Assembly (NCBI GenBank): GCA_020053105.1
Contig: JAGVNU010000042.1
Coordinates: forward strand, 15,502-79,501
DNA from: Thermodesulfovibrionia bacterium
Lineage (GTDB): Bacteria > Nitrospirota > Thermodesulfovibrionia > UBA6902
Direction of reading: 5' to 3'
Length of the DNA: 64,000 nt
Positions 8,577 through 16,853 of the stretch are shown here, in pieces; the first letter of the stretch is position 1, and every line of letters starts with the position of its first letter. A program made the translations under genes and the position numbers. The notes beneath the pieces are model-generated. The model ran no database searches and had not been told where the DNA came from. It worked only from the letters and a program-made list of their open reading frames with translations.

Positions 8577-10097
8577 ATGTTTAATAGTCTGAAGTTTAAA
8601 ATAAGTATTACTGCCTTCCTTATTATATCAGTCATAATGACTTTATCCACATGGCGGGACATTAAAGAAACTGAACGGAAGCTTCTTGAAGGTCAGAAGG
8701 AAAAAGTAGTATTGCTTTCCGAAAGGATATCACACAGCATAATGGTGCTTATGTTGAAGAACAGGTGGCAGGATTTACAAGCTTTTTTAGAAAGTATGAC
8801 CAATGATTCCCGTGAGCTGAGGTCCATTAGAATATCTGAGCCGGATAAAGGAGTTATAGTAGCATCTTCAACCAGGCAGGATATAGGCGGACATATTAAT
8901 AGACGGGATAGAGATATGTTTAATAAGAAGGCAATAAATGATGCTTATCTGACGGAAAAAAATGCTCAGGGTTTTGCTTCGAAACTCACTGTTATCCAGA
9001 ATCAGACGATCTGTCACCGGTGCCACGGTTCTGAAAAAGAGATATTAGGGGTGATGGGAGTGGATATTTCCCTGGATGAAGTATATAAGTCCATAAATCA
9101 ATTTCAAAAAGAACGGTTATTGGATGCCGCGATGGGATTCTTGATGATCGGTGGAGGATTTATGCTCGTTATAGGGTTGTTAATAGACAGACCTATAAAG
9201 AAAATGATCCGGATTATACGTAGAATTGAAGGCGGGGACTTGTCTGCCAGGATGGAGGAAGATAAGAAAGATGAGTTCGGTCTTATGGCAAAAAGTTTTA
9301 ATAGTATGCTTGAATCGCTTGATGCGGCTAAACAGGAAATAGAAATGTGCCATTCAGAACAAATGCAGAGGGCGGCAAAACTGGCATCTCTTGGAGAGAT
9401 TATCTCCGGAATTGCTCATGAAATAAAAAATCCACTTACTGGAATAAGTTGTGCTGTGCAGGTTTTTCAGTCGGAAATGAGTGAAGATGATAGCAGGAAA
9501 GCTGTCACCACTGAAATATTGAATCACATAAAAAGACTTGACCGGACAGTTAAGGATTTGCTGAATTATGCTAAACCCAAGCCCCCTAATTTCTTGGCTC
9601 TTAATATTAATGATGCATTGAATAAGGCTGTTTTTTTCGTTTATCCTGAGGCCAAAAAACAGAATGTATCTATAGATACCATTGTTGAAGGAGAAATCCC
9701 GGATATTATGATGGATCCCGACCAGATGCAGCAGGTCTTCTTAAATTTAATGATAAACGCAGTGCAGGCCATGCCGGATGGAGGAAAGCTTAAGATAACA
9801 ACGTTAAAATCCGACATAGATAAGGAAGAGCATATTGAAATTATTAAATTACTGCACGGAGAAAAGGCGGTTATCGTTAGATTTGAAGATACGGGCAAAG
9901 GGATAGAAGGCGAATATCTGAATAGTATATTTGATCCATTCTTTACAAAAAAATCAAAAGGAACAGGGCTTGGTTTAGCAATAAGCAGGAGAATTATACA
10001 TGAGCATGGTGGCGAGATTGATGTGGAAAGTAAAGTCGGAAAAGGGAGTGTATTCTCTATATACTTGCCGTTAATGCAAAAAAGAGAAGGCGTGTAA
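8577..10097 (+). CDS. Sensor histidine kinase with a periplasmic CxxCH (c-haem) sensor domain, HAMP, HisKA and HATPase domains
   Basis: 506-aa ORF. TM1 (ISITAFLIISVIMTL), then a roughly 150-aa periplasmic segment containing QTICHRCHGSEKEILGVMGVDISL, which resembles the Tll0287/DUF3365-type haem-c sensor as I recall it. TM2, HAMP, H-box SGIAHEIKNPLTGI, G-boxes GTGLGLAISRRI. Confidence 0.85.
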   Translation: MFNSLKFKISITAFLIISVIMTLSTWRDIKETERKLLEGQKEKVVLLSERISHSIMVLMLKNRWQDLQAFLESMTNDSRELRSIRISEPDKGVIVASSTRQDIGGHINRRDRDMFNKKAINDAYLTEKNAQGFASKLTVIQNQTICHRCHGSEKEILGVMGVDISLDEVYKSINQFQKERLLDAAMGFLMIGGGFMLVIGLLIDRPIKKMIRIIRRIEGGDLSARMEEDKKDEFGLMAKSFNSMLESLDAAKQEIEMCHSEQMQRAAKLASLGEIISGIAHEIKNPLTGISCAVQVFQSEMSEDDSRKAVTTEILNHIKRLDRTVKDLLNYAKPKPPNFLALNINDALNKAVFFVYPEAKKQNVSIDTIVEGEIPDIMMDPDQMQQVFLNLMINAVQAMPDGGKLKITTLKSDIDKEEHIEIIKLLHGEKAVIVRFEDTGKGIEGEYLNSIFDPFFTKKSKGTGLGLAISRRIIHEHGGEIDVESKVGKGSVFSIYLPLMQKREGV

Positions 10098-10138
10098 GAA
10101 GTTATTAACTCATTATAAATCAACCGGCACAGTGAAGA

Positions 10139-11554
10139 TTGTGCAGAATATTAATTGTTCCGTTATGTTATGGAGGGTTATTGGCTCAAAGCAAGATACT
10201 TGTCATTGATGATGAGGAATTTATAACCAGGAGTCTTAAGCAGCATCTGGAAAAAGAGGAATATGAGGTAGCTACCGCTGCTACCGGGGAAGAGGGAATT
10301 GAGATGTTCAAGGCTGAACCCCCCGATATTATTATCCTAGATCTAAATATGCCCGGGATGGGTGGTATTGAGACACTGAAGACCATCAGAAACCTGAGCA
10401 GTGATGTTGTTGTAATTATAATAACTGCCCATGGTGACATAGAAACCGCAGTTTCGGCTATAAAATTAGGGGCTTATGACTTTGTGGAGAAACCTTTTGA
10501 ACTGGACAGAATTTCTGTTCTCATCAGGAAGGCTTCTGAAACGGTACATCTAAAAAGAGAAGTTACTTTCCTCAGAGAGGAAAAATTCGACACTTACAGC
10601 TTCAATAATATTATAGGGAATTCTCAAATAATGAAGGATGTTATCAATCTTGCAAAAAAAGTAGCTGCAAGTGATGCTAATACGATTCTCATTCAGGGTG
10701 AGAGCGGGACCGGCAAAAGTCTGCTCGCAAGGGCAATTCATTATCATAGTGCGAGGGCCTCGGGACCATTTGTCGAAATAACCTGTACGGCGATACCTGA
10801 GGCGCTGATAGAGAGTGAGCTTTTCGGCCATGAAAGAGGTTCATTTACAGATGCTAAAGTATCCAAAAAAGGGCTATTTGAGGTTGCCAGCGGAGGAACT
10901 ATATATCTGGATGAAATAGGAGATATTAAATTGTCAACACAGGCCAAGCTATTGAGGGCCCTTGAAGAAAAGACATTTAAAAGGGTTGGCGGACTTAAAG
11001 ATATTAAAGTTAATGTACGGATTGTCGCAACAACGAACAAAAAAAACCTGGAAGGGGCAGTAAGAGAGGGGTCTTTCAGGGCAGACCTTTATTACAGGCT
11101 AAAGGTATTTCCGATCTTCCTTTCACCCTTGAGAGAACGAAGGGAAGATATTATCCCTCTCGCAATGCATCACATTAATAGATTCAATAAGGAATTCAAA
11201 AAAAATGTTAAGATGATCTCTCCTGACTCCGAAAAGCTGTTGTTGAATTACCCCTGGTTTGGTAATGCCCGGGAACTTAGGAACATTGTTGAGAGAATAT
11301 GCATTCTGGAAGATACCGATATAATTTATCCCAGACATCTTCCCTCTGAAATAGTTGAGTATGTTAATTCGGAAGCGGAGGAAGGCGGTTCAATAGATTT
11401 TCCCAGCGAGGGCCTTTCTCTGAGAAATGTGGAAAAGGATCTTATTGTCCAGGCCCTCAAGAAGGCCGACAATAACCAGACAAAGGCTGCCAAGTTGCTC
11501 AGTATTTCACGAGATGCATTGAGATATAAGATGCAGAAGTTCAATTTGCTTTGA
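10139..11554 (+). CDS. Sigma54-dependent response regulator (REC + AAA+ + Fis-type HTH; NtrC family)
   Basis: 471-aa ORF. REC domain (ILVIDDEE...DLNMPGMGG), Walker A GESGTGKS, ESELFGHERGSFTDA (GAFTGA-region), RADLYYRL, C-terminal HTH NQTKAAKLLSISRDALRYKMQKF. Start is uncertain (TTG at 10139; no good SD). Confidence 0.9.
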   Translation: MCRILIVPLCYGGLLAQSKILVIDDEEFITRSLKQHLEKEEYEVATAATGEEGIEMFKAEPPDIIILDLNMPGMGGIETLKTIRNLSSDVVVIIITAHGDIETAVSAIKLGAYDFVEKPFELDRISVLIRKASETVHLKREVTFLREEKFDTYSFNNIIGNSQIMKDVINLAKKVAASDANTILIQGESGTGKSLLARAIHYHSARASGPFVEITCTAIPEALIESELFGHERGSFTDAKVSKKGLFEVASGGTIYLDEIGDIKLSTQAKLLRALEEKTFKRVGGLKDIKVNVRIVATTNKKNLEGAVREGSFRADLYYRLKVFPIFLSPLRERREDIIPLAMHHINRFNKEFKKNVKMISPDSEKLLLNYPWFGNARELRNIVERICILEDTDIIYPRHLPSEIVEYVNSEAEEGGSIDFPSEGLSLRNVEKDLIVQALKKADNNQTKAAKLLSISRDALRYKMQKFNLL

Positions 11555-11859
11555 AATATGTTAACAGGCAATAAACCCAACGGGAGGAACATATATTGTT
11601 TTTCATTATTAACTTATAAGGCTGTCCCCTTTTATAATGAAAGTAGATATAATAGAAAAATTATCTTGCCTGATACGCTGAAATGGTTATGAGTCATTAT
11701 TCACAACTGTGTCAAATAACACGCTTAGAAGTGATGATGACTAAGCTGGCTAAGAGTCAGTTTGCAATCATCTAATAATGATTAATCCCTTTATGTTATA
11801 TCATACTAAGAGCATGAATAATGACAGGAAGAAGATTAATTGCCTATAGAACTCAAGAC

Positions 11860-11875
11860 TGGCATATGAATTGCT
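11860..11875 (+). promoter_or_regulatory. Sigma54 -24/-12 promoter (TGGCAT-N5-TTGCT) upstream of first OmcS-like gene
   Basis: tggcatatgaattgct. GG at 11861-62 and GC at 11873-74 give the canonical 12-nt offset. About 115 nt upstream of the ATG at 11990, next to a sigma54 activator gene. Confidence 0.75.
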
Positions 11876-11989
11876 TATGTTAAGGTAGTATAAATGACTT
11901 TATGATTGCTTAATTCTTAAGCTAAAATAAAAAAGGAGGTGGCTAAAACAAAAATGAAGACAAACCAAAAAACAAAGGAGGTAATTAAA

Positions 11990-12985
11990 ATGAGAAAAAT
12001 AATTATGGCAGTATTGCTGGCGTTTCTTTCAGTCACGCTGGTAAGTGTGTCTGCTTATGCAGCCATTAGTGGCACATGTAGTGACTGCCACACAATGCAC
12101 AACAGCCAGGACGGGGCTGCGGTTGACAGTAGTGGTACGAATGATAATCTTACAAAATTCGATTGTATCGGTTGTCATAGCGGAAATATTGCTGCTGCAC
12201 CCAATGTGACCGGCGAAGGAGCGACTATGACAGCGGGAGGTACATTTAAGAGCAGCATAGTCGGAAGCACTTCCAGCCGGACACATAATGTTCGTGACAT
12301 ATCTTGGACTGTTGATGAAGTAGCTCTTCTTAACACGACACCGGGTTCGGTGGCTGGAGGTTTTACAGAGCCTGCCGGCGCTACTGAATTGACCTGTGCA
12401 GGAACAACTGGCTGCCACGGGCAGGCCACAGGCGGATTTTCGGGCTTTCATCACAATGCTTATCCGAATGCATACCGGTTTCTCAGAATCAATGACGGCG
12501 CTAGCTACACGGATGTAAATGGAGTGGGTTCAGCCGACTGGGAGGTAGGCGGAGCTACAACAACAAATCACAACATATATGACGGTGATGGAACCAACAG
12601 CATAAGCACATTTTGCGCAATGTGTCATGGTGGTTTCCATGGAGGCAGCAATACCGCCAGTTCAAGTCCCTTTCAGAGACACCCGACTGACGAAGAAGCT
12701 TTAATTGATAACGTTGACGGAGCAGGAATCACAATAACATCTGCTACAATTAACGAGACTCCATTCGGTTTCACGAGCGCTCAAATTGCCTTAGGGATGG
12801 TGACTACCGATGTTACTACGGGATCAGCCTACACTGCTCCTAATGGATTAGTTACCTGCCTGTCTTGCCACAGGGCACATGGTTCAGCACAGAGTGACCT
12901 TCTGAGGTTCGACTATAGTACTATGAATGCCGGCAACAGTGTAGACAACGGAGGTTGTGAGACCTGTCATACAGCTCAAAGGTAG
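11990..12985 (+). CDS. OmcS-family multihaem (5 CxxCH + CX5CH) cytochrome, paralogue 1
   Basis: ORF track 11939..12985. I prefer the ATG at 11990 (AAGGAGG 9 nt upstream). Signal peptide ...SVSAYA, then [18 protein letters not shown]. Further motifs: [49 protein letters not shown]-terminal CETCHTAQR. These blocks match, in the same order, the G. sulfurreducens OmcS sequence as I remember it (CEGCHTMHNS ... LRHP ... NCLSCHRAHASG ... CNKCHAKD). Confidence 0.8.
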   Translation: MRKIIMAVLLAFLSVTLVSVSAYAAISGTCSDCHTMHNSQDGAAVDSSGTNDNLTKFDCIGCHSGNIAAAPNVTGEGATMTAGGTFKSSIVGSTSSRTHNVRDISWTVDEVALLNTTPGSVAGGFTEPAGATELTCAGTTGCHGQATGGFSGFHHNAYPNAYRFLRINDGASYTDVNGVGSADWEVGGATTTNHNIYDGDGTNSISTFCAMCHGGFHGGSNTASSSPFQRHPTDEEALIDNVDGAGITITSATINETPFGFTSAQIALGMVTTDVTTGSAYTAPNGLVTCLSCHRAHGSAQSDLLRFDYSTMNAGNSVDNGGCETCHTAQR

Positions 12986-12996
12986 AGATGAAGGGT

Positions 12997-13030
12997 AAAA
13001 AGGAGCCGGTATCTTGCCGGCTCCTTTTTT
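12997..13030 (+). terminator. Rho-independent terminator after OmcS-like gene 1
   Basis: Stem ggagccgg (13002-09) / ccggctcc (13017-24), 7-nt loop, A-run before and tttttt (13025-30) after. Confidence 0.8.
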
Positions 13031-13100
13031 AAGGTTCATCAAAAAATGTAATATGATGGGGAATTAAGAAGGTTCTGAAAATCAATTCTTGGAAATTACT

Positions 13101-14141
13101 ATGGGCCCTCAAATAAAAATAATAATAAGTCTGATAGGCATTTTACTTGCTTTTCTACCGGTACAGGTTTCATCAAAGGTAGCAGGACCATGTGTGAATT
13201 GTCATACTATGCATAATTCACAGGATGGAGCAAATGTCAGCGGGGCAGGCCCTAATCAATATTTGATGAACGTCGGAGCAAATATATGTGTAGCCTGTCA
13301 TTCATCAGATGTTGCAAATGAGACAATCAAGGATATAGGCGGCGGCACCAGAATACCGATTGTCTATAATACTTCCGGTTATCCGACAAATCCGCTTGCA
13401 GGTGGAAATTTCTATTATGTTTCCACAGGCAGCCCAAAGGTAGATAAAGACGCTTACGGGCATAATGTATATGGCATTTCAGCTCAGGATGCAAATATCT
13501 CTACTGTCGAAGGGGCTCCGGGCAACAAGAGTTGCGGCGGTGTTGCCAATGTATGCCATCGTACCCTTGCTGTAGAGCCGCAATCAAACAACTTTGATAA
13601 GGGCGGCTGTCAGGGGTGCCATGTTAATGTGTTTCATCATACCGATAATAATGAATACCGCTTTCTGAGTGGTCATGAAGGAACAAATTATTATGTTGAG
13701 GGAGTTGAAGATGCAAACTGGGAACAGACCCCGACACTGGCTAATCACAATGTATATAAAGGATATGACGGACCTGTCGGAGATAGTGTGACTTTAGAGA
13801 CTACAAAAAGTATAAGCTCCTATTGCGGTGGATGCCATTACTATTTTCATAGAGAAACTGCAACGGGCGGACCATCAAGCCCGTGGTTAAGGCATCCAAC
13901 TGACATTAAATTGCCTGAGACCGGTGAGTATGCGGCGTACAACCCGCCCACCGAATATAATAACCAGACGCCTGTTGCTTATACGAATCCATCAAGCCCG
14001 ACAAGGGCCACAGCCATTGTCATGTGTTTGTCATGTCATAGACCGCATGGTTCTGATCAGCCTGACATGCTGAGGTGGGATTATAGTACAAGCGAATTAG
14101 GCGGTTCAGGCGGGTGTTTAAACTGTCACACGACAAAATAG
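13101..14141 (+). CDS. OmcS-family multihaem (6 CxxCH + CX6CH) cytochrome, paralogue 2
   Basis: ORF track 13089..14141; ATG at 13101 preferred. Signal peptide, then [18 protein letters not shown]. Further motifs: [77 protein letters not shown] at the C-terminus. Confidence 0.8.
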   Translation: MGPQIKIIISLIGILLAFLPVQVSSKVAGPCVNCHTMHNSQDGANVSGAGPNQYLMNVGANICVACHSSDVANETIKDIGGGTRIPIVYNTSGYPTNPLAGGNFYYVSTGSPKVDKDAYGHNVYGISAQDANISTVEGAPGNKSCGGVANVCHRTLAVEPQSNNFDKGGCQGCHVNVFHHTDNNEYRFLSGHEGTNYYVEGVEDANWEQTPTLANHNVYKGYDGPVGDSVTLETTKSISSYCGGCHYYFHRETATGGPSSPWLRHPTDIKLPETGEYAAYNPPTEYNNQTPVAYTNPSSPTRATAIVMCLSCHRPHGSDQPDMLRWDYSTSELGGSGGCLNCHTTK

Positions 14142-14251
14142 GTCGCTGATTGTTATGAGATCTTTGTATATGCCCGGATGATGCAAAAAGGTCAGATTAA
14201 TCAAGGAATAGCTAAAAGAGCGATTATTTGTTAGATATAGAGGAGCAAACA

Positions 14252-15370
14252 ATGGAAGACAAATATTTCAACGATAAAAGGATCCTGATATTTTGTAGTG
14301 CAGTAATAATGTCACTATTTCTGACAGGCATCCCTTTTTCACTTTTTGCCGCAATTACCGGGGAATGCGCCAACTGCCACACTATGCACAACAGTCAGGA
14401 TGCATCGGTCATGGCAGATTACGGGGCATCCGGCAAGCCATGGAAAGGCAGTGGTCCAAATGATGCGCTGACTCGTGGTGATTGTCTCGGATGTCACGGC
14501 ATTGGTACTTCCAAAGTTGTAACCTTAGGCACAAGTGAGATACCTCAGGTTTATCATACTGATGCAACCGGTGATCTGGCAGGCGGCAACTTTGCTTATA
14601 TACTTGGTACAAAGGGTAGTGGCGCATCTGATGCTAAGGGACATAATATAGTAGAAATTGGTGATGCTGAAAGTACATTATCAGAGCCTCCGGGGCACCA
14701 TTCACCCAGCAGCATAAGAGTTAATATCACCTGTTCAGGAATAACCGGCTGTCATGGTAAACGAGCTTCAGGGGAAATCTTGAAAGGGGTCCATCATAAA
14801 AATGTTGATGGTGCGCTTGATACCTCTGACCAGGTTTATAACAGTTACAGATTTCTTTACGGGGTCAAGGGCTTTGAAAATACGACAGGTTCTTATAAAT
14901 GGCAGAACTTTGATAAAGATAATCATAATGAGTATTTTGGTGCAACTACCCCCATGAGTTACACCGGTTGTAATATCTGCCATACTCCGCAGGGGATCCA
15001 GCCTACTAATCATACAATAAGCGGTTTCTGTGGAACATGTCATCGAGAATTTCACACGGTTGAGGGTATTGGCGGCGACACCAGTACTCCGTTCCAGAGA
15101 CATCCAACGGATGTGATCTTGCCTGGCAGCGGTGAGTACGCAAGTTACAATGGGGTCGGCAATCAATATAGTGTACAGGCCCCGGTAGCCAGAACAGCGA
15201 ATCCTATTATTTCCATTAGCGATACGGTCATTCCTGGAACAGATGTAGTCATGTGTCTCTCCTGCCATATGGCACACGCGTCCAATTATCCTGACATGCT
15301 GAGGTGGGATTACAGTGCGATAGAATTAGGTGGTTCAGGAGGTTGCCTTATATGCCACACATCAAAATAA
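14252..15370 (+). CDS. OmcS-family multihaem (6 CxxCH + CX5CH) cytochrome, paralogue 3
   Basis: ORF track 14228..15370; ATG at 14252 follows GAGGAG. Signal ...SLFA, then [17 protein letters not shown]. Further motifs: [91 protein letters not shown]. Confidence 0.8.
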   Translation: MEDKYFNDKRILIFCSAVIMSLFLTGIPFSLFAAITGECANCHTMHNSQDASVMADYGASGKPWKGSGPNDALTRGDCLGCHGIGTSKVVTLGTSEIPQVYHTDATGDLAGGNFAYILGTKGSGASDAKGHNIVEIGDAESTLSEPPGHHSPSSIRVNITCSGITGCHGKRASGEILKGVHHKNVDGALDTSDQVYNSYRFLYGVKGFENTTGSYKWQNFDKDNHNEYFGATTPMSYTGCNICHTPQGIQPTNHTISGFCGTCHREFHTVEGIGGDTSTPFQRHPTDVILPGSGEYASYNGVGNQYSVQAPVARTANPIISISDTVIPGTDVVMCLSCHMAHASNYPDMLRWDYSAIELGGSGGCLICHTSK

Positions 15371-15394
15371 AATACTGTTAATATGGTTCTTAAA

Positions 15395-15425
15395 GAAGCC
15401 CGGTTGATTATGTCAGCCGGGCTTC
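15395..15425 (+). terminator. Terminator-like hairpin after OmcS-like gene 3 (weak U-tract)
   Basis: gaagcccgg (15395-15403) / ccgggcttc (15417-15425), 13-nt loop, followed by ttcagtat. Confidence 0.5.
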
Positions 15426-15700
15426 TTCAGTATATGGCCAGCGATATTTTCTGTAGTTTGTTAACGCAATGATCTCTCCATGATTGTGATATTTCCTGAA
15501 ATATATTAATAAAACTATAAGTACATTGAATTACATAACAACTTATTGCTATTATTTAAAACTTGATCTGATAGTTCGTTGTAAAATCACAATATTTTTT
15601 GCGACGCTTAACATAAGAATAAAGCAGGGGAAATCAGTCGCCACCTTAATGATTTGGTGCTTATTTGCAAAGCGCAGCTGAATCGCATTTTGTACCCATA

Positions 15701-16672
15701 ATGGAAAAAAAAACCAATCAAGCGAGAATCCTGTTACAGAGGACAACTTATTTTCTTTCTTCTGTTCTAGTTGTGCTGTCGTTGGTCCCTTCAGCTCTGG
15801 AGTCCCAGCAGCTTGGTTCTGCCATTATTACCTATCAGGAGAGCATCACTACTGATGAAGAGGACAGAAATCTGGTATTGCCCTCGTTTATTTATGCAGA
15901 TTTATTAACAGGTGAAGTTTATGTTATAGATGGTAAGGGCAGAATTATTATATTTTCACCCGAGCTGTTTCCGTTAATTACACTCGGCAAAAGGGACGGA
16001 GTTGAAGCGCCTCAGGGGTTGACTGTGGATGCTGAAGGTAATCTTTATATTGCCCAGGCCGCATCAAAAAGCAATCCGAAAAACAGGATTTCGGTTTACA
16101 ATGCATGCCTGAAGTGGGAAAGGGATATATATTTGGAGGATTTTGAGGGGAGCGGTTCATTTGCCCCTTATCGCCTTGCAATAGACAAGAAGGGGAATCT
16201 GTATGTGGCGGCAAGCCATTTCCCCGGTGTCGTGTATGTAGATACAACGGGTCGTTTTATTGATATTATTGCACCTGAGGAGGATGGGAAAAAAATAAAA
16301 TTAAATAGTGTCGTTATTGACAAGGCAGGGAAAATATATGTTGTAAGTGAGGATCAGAGTCATATTTATGTTTATGATGAAAATAGAAAATTTATTAATA
16401 AATTCGGTGAAAAAGGCGGAAGCACGGGTAAACTCAGCCGTCCCAAGGCCATTGGGGTGGATGACCGAACAGGCAGAAGCTTTGTCGTGGATTATATGCG
16501 CCACACGGTAACTTCATATGATAAGGAAGGTAAGTACCTTTTTGAATTTGGTGGGCTCGGGTGGAGCGAAGGATGGTTCCAGCACCCGGTCAATTTAGCG
16601 ATTGACAATAAAGGCAGGATCTTTGTGGCAGATTTATTTAATCAGCGGGTACAGGTGTTTAATTCCTGGTAA
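15701..16672 (+). CDS. Secreted NHL-repeat beta-propeller protein
   Basis: ORF track 15665..16672; ATG at 15701 preferred. Hydrophobic signal (YFLSSVLVVLSLVPSALE). NHL-type blades, e.g. PQGLTVDAEGNLYIAQ, PYRLAIDKKGNLYVA, PKAIGVDDRTGRSFVVDYMRHTVTSYD, PVNLAIDNKGRIFVADLFNQRVQVF. Confidence 0.85.
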   Translation: MEKKTNQARILLQRTTYFLSSVLVVLSLVPSALESQQLGSAIITYQESITTDEEDRNLVLPSFIYADLLTGEVYVIDGKGRIIIFSPELFPLITLGKRDGVEAPQGLTVDAEGNLYIAQAASKSNPKNRISVYNACLKWERDIYLEDFEGSGSFAPYRLAIDKKGNLYVAASHFPGVVYVDTTGRFIDIIAPEEDGKKIKLNSVVIDKAGKIYVVSEDQSHIYVYDENRKFINKFGEKGGSTGKLSRPKAIGVDDRTGRSFVVDYMRHTVTSYDKEGKYLFEFGGLGWSEGWFQHPVNLAIDNKGRIFVADLFNQRVQVFNSW

Positions 16673-16853
16673 CTTATAATTAGAGTTTTTTTTATAAAGA
16701 CGCCAAGCTGGATTCGTATATAATTTCCGCGAAGGCGGCAATCAGGAATTCTGGGTCTAATATGATACTCCGGCTTTCTGCCGTAACGCGTACCGGGTCA
16801 ATACGGTGACTAAAATTAGGCAAAAACTTTATTTAATATAGGGCAGTAGAAAC

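Noticed and set aside
10172-10183. Alternative TTG start (10181) for the sigma54 activator, just after GGAGGG
   Set aside because: The SD-to-start spacing is only 3 nt. I kept the ORF-track start (10139), but the true start is unresolved.
15656-15668. TGGTGC-N4-TTGCA sigma54-like element upstream of the second NHL gene
   Set aside because: The GG-to-GC offset is 11 nt rather than the required 12, so I do not call it a promoter. It could still be tested experimentally.
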